This document shows positions 1 to 11,055 of a stretch of DNA of 64,000 nt, piece by piece. A program made the translations under genes and the position numbers. The stretch is from Eledone cirrhosa. Its lineage: Eukaryota. Numbering within the stretch: the first letter of the stretch is position 1; every line of letters starts with the position of its first letter. The stretch lies in the NCBI GenBank assembly GCA_964016885.1, contig OZ024740.1, positions 62,744,001-62,808,000 on the forward strand, read 5' to 3'. A model generated the notes under the pieces. The model was not told the DNA's origin and made no database searches. It saw only the letters and a list, made by a program, of their open reading frames with translations.

Positions 1-279
1 CCAGAGGTGAGTTCAAGCGGTTTGGTATGAACATGAATCTTCTATATTAGTAAGTAAAGGGTTGTGTTAAATATATTATCTCCTCTAGTGACGGTAATTC
101 TTCGGTTAAAATCTTATAAATATGCTTTACAAAGAAGTAGGGTAAAATCTTATAAATATTCATAACATAGAAGCACCTTTTAGAAAAAATGCTTTAACTA
201 CTTGTCAGAATATTGCAATCACTAACAATAACAGAAAAAAAAAGAATATAGCTTGATATAACCTATTTTACTCTATAAA

Positions 280-482
280 CAGACCTGTCAACCCTCCTCG
301 TCAGACGGGGAGATCTCCCACCCACTTTGGAATGGGTGAGAGATCTCTCCTCTTGTGAAAATAGGTATAACTTTCATTATGTAAAATCTCCCCATAACTT
401 TCATTATGTAATTTCTCCTCGTTTTGGGGCATTTTCTTTTAATGGTACTCCTAGTTTGTTTTTTTTTAGGTTGGCAGGTCCG
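280..482. mobile_element. Possible MITE (hAT-like terminal inverted repeats)
   Basis: CAGACCTGTCAACC at 280 and GGTTGGCAGGTCCG at 469-482 are imperfect inverted repeats; no clear target-site duplication. Confidence 0.3.
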
Positions 483-623
483 TATTAACTACAGTACATC
501 TCGCTAGAATTAATAGGAATAATATCACGTAAACAAACACACAATTCTCTCTACCACAACATAACTCACTAGCTCTTACAAAATGACCATTATACGATAA
601 ATGCCCCAAAGGGAACTAAATTC

Positions 624-710
624 TCCACTCCATTAGAAACAACAATCTACATAGGTCTAACTGAAACATCCTTGAAAACAAGATTTAACCAGCACACCTA
701 CACCTTCAGA
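624..710 (+). pseudogene. Relic of PLE GIY-YIG endonuclease
   Basis: Translates to TIYIGLTETSLKTRFNQHTYTFR, matching the YVGSTSNCFKIRYNSHIHSFK segment of the PLE ORF at 32092-34551. Confidence 0.5.
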
Positions 711-1311
711 CGGCATTACATATGTAAACTTACACCATTGCAGCTTCCATCTTCTAATATGTCGAAATATATATGTGTGAAAATGTGGAGTTGTGTGAAC
801 ACATTTATGCTATGCGTATAGGTACATGCATATATGTATATTATAAAACTATAACAAACAGCTTAATTAGCAGCATACCGCACCTTTTATAGAAAACCTC
901 TTTGAAATTATCGTTTCAACACTTCGAACGTCGCGCAACTTTCATGTAATTACTACTTGGCTTGCATTATCTTCCTTTCACCTTTATTCACACTGTCACA
1001 AAGTCTAACTACAGCTAACCTTGCGTGCATTCACACATATTTCCAACGACAATGTAAGCTTTTATAACTTGATACATTCTAAACACAAGAGAGTAATATA
1101 CTAAATGCATTGTTGTATCGCACACAACAAGAACGTCAGAACATTTATCTTTGGACTTGCATGGTAGAACACTATCAACATAACCACATACATTAATATG
1201 TATAAAGTCAGTTTCTGTTTTGCAAGACCTTTGACTACATAAATGTGCATATAAATGGGATGGCGTATGCATACAATTACGTTTGTATATGCAAGTATAT
1301 GTATGAATGTA

Positions 1312-1375
<64 letters not shown>

Positions 1376-1379
<4 letters not shown>

Positions 1380-2726
1380 AAGCACTATCGGCCAATACAA
1401 GCCAAAAACTCAGAAGAATATGGAGTATACATACATTAAAGCATAGGAAAATTATCGAGTAAAAATTATCAAGTAAAAATTGCTAAGGAAGTGAATAACA
1501 TTTTGAACCATATTACATATATAGTACAATGCAAAAACTAAAGCTAAACACAAGTGGTGATATAAAGCGAGAATTATTGTACTATATATAATATAATATA
1601 ATATAATATAATATATAATTGATAATGATAATAATAATAATATTAAAAGGCCCAATGTACATATATATATATATATACATATGTACACATATATACATAT
1701 ATATCAATACACATTTCCATCAATACAAACAGAAACTAACACTTATTAAGAGTTTAAATAAAGTTCTATATGATAGTTCTGTATGATATTTTTTCTCACC
1801 CTGTCTGTAACTCTATATGATTTGTTAAGTTATATGCCAATATTTTATAATATTGTTATTATAGTGTTATTGTAATATTTATATTGTTTGTGCAAATTAA
1901 CCGGAGATTATTAATTATATAATTATATAATTATATAGTATATTATATATTATATGTTTACTTTTACTCATTTCTTCATCATTTTATACTGTAAATAATA
2001 AATGTATTATATTTTTATTTTTATTTTTATTTTTATTTTTATTTTTATTTTTATTTTTATTTTTATTTTTATTCTTATTTTTATTCTTATTTTTATTTTT
2101 ATTTATATTTAAACTCTTAATAAGTGTTAGTTTGTGTTTGTATTGATGGAAATGTGTATTGATATATATGTATATATATGTACATATGTATATATATATA
2201 TATATGTATATTAGGCCTTTTAATATTATTATTATTATCATTATCAATTATATTATATTATATTATATTATATTATATTATATTATATTATATTATATTA
2301 TATTATATATAGTACAATAATTCTCGCTTTATATCACCACTTGTGTTTAGCTTTAGTTTTTGCATTGTACTATATTTGTATATTTGTAATATGGTTCAAA
2401 ATGTTATTCACTTCCTTAGCAATTTTTACTTGATAATTTTTACTCGATAATTTTCCTATGCTTTAATGTATGTATACTCCATATTCTTCTGAGTTTTTGG
2501 CTTGTATTGGCCGATAGTGCTTCTTATTGCTTTAATTGCCCTGATGAGTCCTTAATAGGACGAAACATTGTTGGCTAATAAAGACTTTTGATGTATTGAA
2601 GGCTTCTTTGGTTTATTTTCATAATTCTTCGGCTCTGTTTAATTACATTGAGCTATACCATTACTGTCATTTCTATAATATGAAGAGGGTGTTTAACTCC
2701 TACACACTCTAGTATTTTAATTCTTA
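1376..2726. mobile_element. Two-armed inverted insertion of a PLE pseudo-LTR-like sequence (family A), flanked by (TA)n
   Basis: ~1376-1761 is the reverse complement of ~2105-2526; the right arm continues through an HHR to (TA)n at ~2726. Confidence 0.75.
2534..2579 (+). ncRNA. Minimal type I hammerhead ribozyme
   Basis: attgcc CTGATGA GTCC ttaata GGAC GAAA C att G TT ggctaat: intact core, 4-bp stem II, GUU cleavage triplet, stem I gcc/ggc. Confidence 0.8.
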
Positions 2727-2822
2727 TATATATATATAACTTTGATAACTTTGATAGGTTTCGGCCAGTATTGGCCCAGGCCATGTCTAACTTAATAGCA
2801 CCACCTGGCGAAGTCTTACAAA

Positions 2823-5790
2823 TCAGTGTTTGGGCACCATGGCCCACTCGAGCAGAGAGTTATTGTTTACGGAGGCATATCCGGGTGTAGGAGGCTTATC
2901 CGGGATTTCTTGAAGGAATTTATCCAAAGACTTCTTGAACTTGATAGGGTCTGTCTTTGCTTTGATGTGTCTTGGTGTAATGTTAAAGAGTGCAGGGCCA
3001 ATTGAGGTGAAATAATTGTGCCGTATTGTTGTTATGTGATGCGAGTGAGATTTTTGTCGTGAGCGGATAGCACGGGGCCCAAGCCTTGGGTGTACACTAA
3101 AGATGATGCCAACATCATTTGGGCAAAGCTGATGGAATATTTTCCACACCATACAGATAATGTAGCGCTCATGGCGACGTTGGAGAGAATAAAGTTTGAG
3201 CTTTTGTAATCGACTCCAATAGTCAAGGCCTGTCATGCCATCTATCTTTTTTGTAATTGACCTTTGGGGTGCTTCAACTTTCATAATACTTTGTTTCGTG
3301 TGAGGTGACCACAGTGGACAACAGTATTCAAAGTGGGGTCGGGCAAAAGTGGAGAAGAGAAGGATAACAGTCTCTCGACTGGAAAGTTCTAAGAATCCAG
3401 GAACACATTCTGCGGGCCATATCAACTTTGCTGTTTATATGAGTGGCCCAGCTTATGTTGTTGTCCACAATTACTCCCAGGTCTCTGATGTTATTGGATG
3501 CCACTAGAGTTTCACCCGAAGGAAGAGAGTATGGTAGTTTCAAGGCATCCTTTTTACCAAAGTGGATTAATTTAAATTTATCCTCATTCAACAGCATATT
3601 ATTAATTTCTGCCCATTGGATAACAGCCAGTAGGTCTGACTGAAGGCAAGTCAGTCCGGTCACCCACGCCATTGATGACCCTTTGGAGCTTGGAATCATC
3701 TGCGAAGATTCTGATGTTGCTGTGCTTGATGATGTCAGTAATGTCATTAGTGTAGATGATGAAAAGAAGTGGGCCCAACACTGCCTTGTGGGACGCCACT
3801 GCTGACTTTGGCAGGGCTTGATTTTACTCCTTCGACTACAACATGCTGGGTTCTGCTTGTCAGGAAACATTTGATCCACTGTAGTAACCTTCCAGCGACA
3901 CTAACATTGGATAGTTTTTCAGTAGAATCTTATGATAAACCCTGTCGAAGGCCTTGCTGAAGTCAAGGTAGATGACATCAGTGTTGGAGCCCTCTCCCAA
4001 GGCTCTCAAAACATTGACAAAGTGATGCAGGAGCTGCGTTAGGCAGTCCCCTCCATTACGGAACCCATGTTGGTTGGAGTTCAGCAGGCCGTTGCTTTCA
4101 AGAAAATGGGTTATTCGTGATCTCACCACCCTCACAAATACTTTGATAATATGAGAGGTGAGTGAGATCGGACGGTAATTCACTGCAAGGGACTTATTTC
4201 CCTATTTGAAGACTGGGACAACGGACTGGGACAGAAAGTTTTCAGGAATATAGCCAGTGTCCAGTGAGTTCCTCCACAGATTAGCAAGAGGAGATGCAAG
4301 CTGGTGTCGACACACCCTCAGGACACAAGCAGGGAACCTGTCAGGGCCTACTGCTGAATTGTGTTTAATTTCGTTTATTGCCGCTAAGATATCAGGGGCG
4401 CCAAACGTTATGTCTGATATAGTGTGTTGGGGATTAACATCACTGATACGGCTCAGATCGGCCATATCAGGATTGCTGAAAACAGAGCAGTATTGTTTCT
4501 GCAGTATCTCGCCCATGGTTTTGGCATTGTCCTGGAGTGTGCCATTTTAATCAACTAGAGGCCAACGGTGGAGACGGTGACTTTGTGTTTTTTAGCAAAT
4601 GAAAAGAACACTTTGGGGTTGAGTTTGATTTTCTCAATGGCTCACCTCTCTTCAGCTATTCTCTGGTTATTGATCATGGTCATCATGCATTGCTGGAGGT
4701 TATATTTTTTTGAGTCAAGCAGGGTGATAGCCATTGAATGTATGTGTTGCTGTTGGCAGTATTTTAGTGTGTTAATTTTTTTGTTTGTCCTTTTTATTTT
4801 TCTGATAATTGTTTTTCTGTTTTTGGGGATACTGCACTTGGTTTTGTTCACAGGCTTTGGTAGGGTGTGTTTTGTACATATATTTGTGACAGTGTCTACA
4901 AAGATCTCCCAAGATGTTTTGATGTTGGTGGAAGTGTGTGCGTGTGTAAAAGACCAGTCGACATGTGATAGTTCGTTCATAATTGCATCCCAGTTGCATT
5001 GTAGAGATCCATGTTATCAAATTGGTGGGCTGGAGAGAGGGCCCTGGCATTAGCTTTCGGCTGGTGGAATCTCAGGTTACAAAGAACCATGTCATGGTCT
5101 GAGAGAAGGGTTTTTTTCCACTGTAATATTATGTATAGTGTTAGTGTGGTTACTAAACACTAGATCCAGAATGTTCTTCTGATGCCTTGTTGGTGCAAGA
5201 ACAAGTTGGGACAAGAAAAACTCATTCATGAAGTCAAGAAGTAACTCGACAGCCTCTTTGTCAGTGGTTGAGACTGGAGCCTGGTTTCAAACTACATGTA
5301 GACCAATCGACACAGGGTAGATTAAAATCTCCCATCAAAAGTATGTTGCTAGAATGGCACTGTTTAATAAAGCATTTAATACTGTTGAGGCATTCTTTGA
5401 AGCAGATTATGGGTGTTTGTGGTGGCCTATAGAGCCCAACTAATGTCAGGTCATTGGCTTTATTATGCACAGTGACTGATTCACAGTCTCCATTAGAGAA
5501 TGTTGTGTTGCCATCTGCCGTAAAGGAATCATGCAGGAAAATGGCAGTTCCACCCTTCCTTCTACCAACACGATCCGCACGGATGGTTGTGAAATTTCTC
5601 ACTCTTACTTCGGCCTCCAATTGGGAGTTGTCGAGGTGGGTCTCAGTAAGAATGAAGAAGGGGATGTGAAATGGATGGTTACCAACCCAATCCTCAATGA
5701 ATTGGATCTTCCATTTCTGTGCATTGATGGATGGGCTGATACCTTGTGTATTGAGTAATGTGGAGGCTAGTGTGGTGGCTGGTTTTGTGA
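2823..5790 (-). pseudogene. CR1 ORF2 (APE endonuclease + reverse transcriptase), multiple frameshifts
   Basis: ORF pieces 5261-5620, 4642-4980, 4202-4516, 3860-4183, 3602-3799, 3328-3879 and 2823-3425 in the expected domain order. Confidence 0.9.
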
Positions 5791-5868
5791 TTGTGTGTTA
5801 GTGACAGCAAGGATGGTGCTGGGTGATGGCTAAAATGTTTTTCTCTATCTCTTTTGCCAGGTTCATGG

Positions 5869-7124
5869 CTAAAAAAGAAAGATTTTTTTTTTGTTCAGGG
5901 AGCAGTTTTTGATTGGGTTTTTGGTTACAACATTGGATAGGGTTGCAGTTCCCTCTTTTGTTGTTGTAGTTGTATTTGTTGTAGTTGTGTCTTTGTGAAA
6001 AGACTGGAGCAGCGTTATTTTGTTGTTGTTGTATTTGTTGTTGTGATCGTGTCTTTGTGAAAAGACTGGAGCAGCATTACTTTTGTTGTTTTCGTTGTTG
6101 TAATCATGTCTTTGTGAGGAGACTGGAGCAGCATTACCGTAGCAGGGGGTGGCTTTACTGTGGTTTGTGGGTTGGCATGAAGCCCCTTTTCTGTTCGTGC
6201 GTTGTGTCCCAAGAAGATGAGTGAAGGGACAGTCAGTCAGCAGACATAGCCTCTCACGTTGGGAATGTTGGCAGATTTTGGGACTGCGACCTATACGTGC
6301 TGGCAGTGTGCTTTGGTGTTGGCTGGCAGTGTTAGTGCGCCTAGTACCCGGTAAATGGGTAAATATACAGTCGCTACGTGTGCACAGCCTCTGACGTAGT
6401 GAGTAGCGGCATATTTTGGGGTTTCTAGTATGTGTAGTGGGGGGTGCATACAGCTCCATAGATCTTTTTTTTAAAAGTTCTTTTGATTATGACATGGTTG
6501 TGGTGGTGATGTGGGGGAAGAAAGCATTAGTGGTGATGATGATGATGACAACTGTGGTGGGAGAGAGAGCAGTAGTCCATTACTAGCAGTTGATGTTTGC
6601 AGAAGATGTTGATGTGCAGAAGATGGTGACGGTGGTGATGCTGATGGCGATAATGATGGCTGAGTGATACTGTCATTCAGTAATTCAGCTATTATGCTTG
6701 AATTCAGTAGTGGTTGCTCCTGGCTTTCTGGCTGTTGTTGTTGTTGTGGCTGTTATTGTTGTTGTGGCTGTTGTTGTGGCTGTTGTTGTTGTTGTTGCTG
6801 TTGTTGTGGCTGTTGTTGTGGCTGTTGTTGTTGTTGCTGTTGTTGTGGCTGTTGTTGTGGCTGTTGTTGTTGTTGTTGTTGCTGTTTTTGTGTTTGCCCA
6901 TTGGAGTAAATATGTCGAAGTTTTTCAAAATGGTTTTGAATTAGTTTGAAAGAGACTTCTACATGTTTTAGTTTGTTGTGTATCTGCTTAGCTGTTTTTT
7001 CAGCAATTTCATTCAGACATGACGCGTTTATTGTTTGGGACAGAGAAAACCATGTGTTTATTAAGAGGTCAATTTCATTTTCAGACCAATTTCGTCTGTT
7101 GTGGGCTTGCTGGTCAGTAGTCAT
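5869..7124 (-). pseudogene. CR1 ORF1: Myb/SANT-like domain, polyQ/P tract, Ser/Pro-rich linker, two CCCH zinc fingers; disrupted
   Basis: RRNWSENEIDLLINTW...KTAKQIHNKLK; (CAA/CAG)n at 6732-6885; CRYSLRQRLCTRSDCIFTH and CQHSQRERLCLLTDCPFTH. Confidence 0.6.
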
Positions 7125-7221
7125 ATTTTTTTTTTTTACCCTTGTGTTTGTTTTAAGATATTTGTTATTTGATACGTGAGTGAGACTATGGTTATTTGAA
7201 GAAATTATATATATATATATA

Positions 7222-7588
7222 TATTCTCTCTTATGGATGTGAGTTTGGTTGTTTGAGGATGTTAATAGCTTTTGGTTATTTGGTTGTTTGAAGATATCCA
7301 AGGAAAAACGAGTGTATATAATAGTTTGTAGTTAAGAAGACTTACTTGCGAGTTTGTAGGGAAAGCCCGTGTATTTGTATATACTTTTTCCTTATTTGAA
7401 GATATTAAAGTAGCGTATATATAGATATGTATTCTCTTTTATGGATGTGAGATTTGGTTATTTGGTTGTTTAAGGTTGTTAAAAGTTTTTGGTTAATTGA
7501 TTGTTTGGAGATATTAAGAGAAAAACGAGTGTATATAATAATCTGTAGTTAAGAAAACGTACTTACGAGTTGGTAGGAAAAGCACGTG
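7222..7588 (-). repeat. Two diverged tandem monomers (~210-bp period) in the CR1 5' UTR
   Basis: attctct..ttatggatgtgag...gaaaaacgagtgtatataata...gtagttaagaa...aaagc(c/a)cgtg at ~7222-7372 and ~7430-7588. Confidence 0.7.
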
Positions 7589-7656
7589 GTTACAAATATA
7601 TATACATATATATATTCGGTCAAATAGGCTTTAAAGCTGTGTAGCTGGCTACTGAC

Positions 7657-8055
7657 TTTATGCATATTAACGGCTGAGCAGCCAAATTTGCATATCGAGT
7701 GAGTTAATCGGCCGGGCGCACCGAAAACGATAAATGGAAAAAATGAAACGAAATTTCATTTCTCACTCTTAGTACGGCTGTTACTTAAATATAAGTATGT
7801 ATACGTACATACATATATGTATACAGACGTACAGTAGTATGTATATATATACATACATGCACACATATATGTACGTATGGATTTACCGAACATTTATTAT
7901 AATGCTCGGTTTGTTTGTAAACAAACATCCCGAATTAAGCCGTACAGTGTTTAGCAACCATCGTTGCCCTTTTGTTCAACACTGACAAAGGAACGATGTA
8001 CTAGTTTCAAGCTTATTAGCTATCGTCAGCAACGTATATCTTCCTGTCAGATGAT
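7657..8055 (-). mobile_element. Monomer copy of the 427-bp HHR-containing retrozyme-like repeat
   Basis: Reverse complement aligns with the array at 36987-37908, starting ~25 nt upstream of the HHR. Confidence 0.85.
7993..8035 (-). ncRNA. Type I hammerhead ribozyme (retrozyme family)
   Basis: acgttg CTGACGA t AGC taataa GCT t GAAA CTAG TA catcgt. Confidence 0.8.
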
Positions 8056-8430
8056 GTATCAGTGTGTATTGAAATCATTGTTTTATAATCTTTACAGGCA
8101 TATTTCTGAAAATGATCTTCATTAACAAGCATCCGTAATTTCCTTTTACGTGAAACATCTTCTAACATAATCTGTTGACAGACTAATCGCCCACATCCTA
8201 CCTCCCAATATCCGATTACTATTTTCTTTCTCATTCTCTCAAGTTTATGTCTTGAACTATATAGGTGGTGCCTTTCTTTGTTTTTATCATGTTACTTTTT
8301 ATTTCATCGTTTTCTAAGAAAACAATATGGTTTCCAGAAGAGACACTACGCATCTCAGTCTGTCTGTCTGACTCTCTGTCTATCTATCGGTCTGTCTGTC
8401 TGTCTGTCTGAATGTATGTATGTACAACCT

Positions 8431-8995
8431 GTACAACCTGTCTCATGGTCGGGTCGTTGGCGACTAAACTGGCAACCCCACCAAGGTTTCTTGGTGAGGA
8501 GGGTGACTTTGGACATCCTGCAGGACTAAAAACAAAACCTGTCAAAGGGCAAGGGAGCTCTTAAGACTCAATAGCCATCCAAAATCACCGGGAGAGATGA
8601 CCCCTTAGCCTTTGTCAAGGCAGAATTCTAGGAGAAGGAAAACTCTGATATAACACCTGCAACCCTGATGGTATCCAATGATGTTGACTTGTTCTTCTTT
8701 TTGGTAAATATCATCTTGGTTAAGAGAGTGGGACTGGCTTTGTGCAGTGCCTTTGCTCACTATAAAAGCTTCACAGCACAGGCATTGCTTTATATCTGGA
8801 GATCTCTCTGCACTTGTCATCACATGGTCAATATGATGCACTATGTGTCAATAATGGTCACAAGTGTAGTCTTTGTACCAGAGTTTTCAAGTCGCTGGCT
8901 GGACTAAAAAGTCACATTCGTTCAGCGCATCGGTAGGGCTTCTCCTACATGGATATAAAGCAGTGGCCGTACTCGAAAACGAGTTGGCAGCCACC
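8431..8995 (+). mobile_element. Non-autonomous RTE-derived bipartite element, slightly 5'-truncated
   Basis: Same sequence as 14855-15460; (ATGT)n tail. Further 3' fragments at 9020-9253 and 10416-10580, and a diverged one at 9485-9608. Confidence 0.75.
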
Positions 8996-9619
8996 ATGTA
9001 CGTATGTATATATGTATGTACTATAAAAGCTTCACGGCTCAGGCATTGCTTTATATCTGGAAATCTCTCTGCACTTGTCGTCACATGGTACCATGGGCCC
9101 AGCACTATGTGTCAATGATTGTCACAAGTGTAGTGTTTGTACCAGAGTTTTCAAGTCACTGGCTGGACTAAAAAGTCACACTCATTCAGCGCATCGGTAG
9201 GGGTTCTCCTACATGGATATAAAGTAGTGGCCATACTCGAAAACGCAGCCACCATGTATGTATGTATGTATGTATGTATGTATGTATGTATGTATGTATG
9301 TATGTATGTATGTATGTATGTATGCATGTATGTATGTATGTATGTACGTACGTATGTATGTATGTTCGTATTTATGTCTGTATGTATGAATTAATGCATA
9401 CATGCATGATTGTATATATGTCTGTATGTATGAATTAATGCATGCATGATTGTATATATGTCTGCATGTATGTAAGTATGTATGTTGCACAGGCATTGCT
9501 TGTTCAGGATATGTTACAGGTTTGTGTGACTGGCCGTAGCCTAAAAGTACACCAGACTCTATAATCATCCAAGCAATTGCAGTACTCTTAGCAGAGTTTG
9601 CAGCCATCATGTATATTTT

Positions 9620-10388
9620 ATATCTTTCTCTTAATTTCGAGTATATTTTTGACCGGCCACCTTCCTGGTGGCAAGGTTGTAAAAGAAAAGAAATTGTCAT
9701 CCCTTGAATCGCAAGAATGATTTGCAAATGTTGAAGGTGCCAGCTCTCGCAGCCATTTGTAGACTATGAATTAGGGAGCTGCGCTCTTTGTCCACAAATC
9801 CAAGTTCAGTTATACATTGGTCCAATCGGGTGGTATATAACCCGTAGCTCCAATAATGATGGGTATGAAGCTAAATGTGTATCTTGGATACTGGATTTGT
9901 AAACTCCTCATCAATGGTCCGTAGATGTCCTCCTTCTCCTGTACTTTTTTGACAACGTTTACATCAAGTGGGAAGCTGATCTCCACAACAGAACACGTTT
10001 TCAATGTGTGGTCCCAAACAACAATATCAGGCCGGTTGTACTTTAATTTAGTGGCAGTTTTTATTTTCAGGTTCCACCAGTATTCTATAGTGCCATCTGT
10101 CTCAATATATTCTTCCTCGTTTGTTGTTAATTTTGTTTTCCGAAGTGCGTTCCAGATGGTTCTAGCTATCCCATCGTGTCTCATGGGGAGGTAGTAGCGA
10201 GATGACATTCTTTCGCAGCTGGCAACAATGTGGCTTACATCTTCGATCTTTGTTTTACATAGCCTGTAATTGTCAGCTGATGGCCCTCCTCTTTTGTGCA
10301 GCAGATAGGGAGTTGTTGTTCTTCTATTGCATAGAGATATCCCTCGAGGTGTGATATCATAAACTTGTCAGAACTTCATGTCAGGCTT
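9620..10388 (-). mobile_element. R4/Dong-type non-LTR element 3' fragment (family B; restriction-like endonuclease)
   Basis: Zn knuckle, MSSRYYLPMRHD, NRPDIVVWD, IPIIIGATG; 5' end abuts (TATG)n. Confidence 0.85.
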
Positions 10389-10622
10389 TTTATGTATGTA
10401 TGCATGTATGTATGTATGGGCCCAGCACTGTGTCAATAATTGTCACAAGTGTAGTGTTTGTACCAGAGTTTTCAAGTCGCTGGCTGGACTAAAAAGCCAC
10501 ACTCGTTCAGCGCATCGGTAGGGGTTCTCCTACATGGATATAAAGTAGTGGCCATACTCGAAAACGAGTGGGCAGCCACCATGTATGTATGTATATATAT
10601 TTGTATATATATGTATATATAT

Positions 10623-11036
10623 AAATCACCGGGAGAGATGACCCCTTAGCCTTTGTCAAGGCAGAATTCTAGAAGGAAAACTCTGATATAACACCTGCAA
10701 CCCTGATGGTATCCAATGATGTTGACTTGTTCTTCTTTTTGGTAAATATCCTCTTGGTTAAGAGAGTGGGACTGGCTTTGTGCAGTGCCTTTACTCACTA
10801 TAAAAGCTTCACGGCACAGGCATTGCTTTATATCTGGAGATCTCTCTGCACTTGTCGTCACATGGTACCATGGGCCCAGCACTATGTGTCAATAATTGTC
10901 ACAAGTGTAGTGTTTGTACCAGAGTTTTCAAGTCGCTGGCTGGACTAAAAAGCCACACTCGTTCAGCGCATCGGTAGGGGTTCTCCTACTTGGATATAAA
11001 GTAGTGGCCGTACTCGAAAACGAGTTGGCAGCCACC
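10623..11036 (+). mobile_element. RTE-derived bipartite element, 5'-truncated
   Basis: Matches ~15044-15460; (ATGT)n tail. Confidence 0.75.
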
Positions 11037-11055
11037 ATGTATGTATGTATGTATG

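Larger units (their letters stand above)
2737..7590 (-). mobile_element. CR1-clade LINE, near full length, decayed
   Basis: APE endonuclease (LLMGDFNLP), RT (YRPISLTS, YLDFSKAFD, FADDSKL), CR1-type C-terminus (RPHFEYCCPLWSP, LYSLQRR), 3' stem-loop and (TATCAAAGT)n tail at 2737-2760. Confidence 0.9.

Noticed and set aside
8016-8234. 72-aa ORF as a host exon
   Set aside because: Runs into the retrozyme-like repeat; no clear splice context or domain, possibly decayed element sequence
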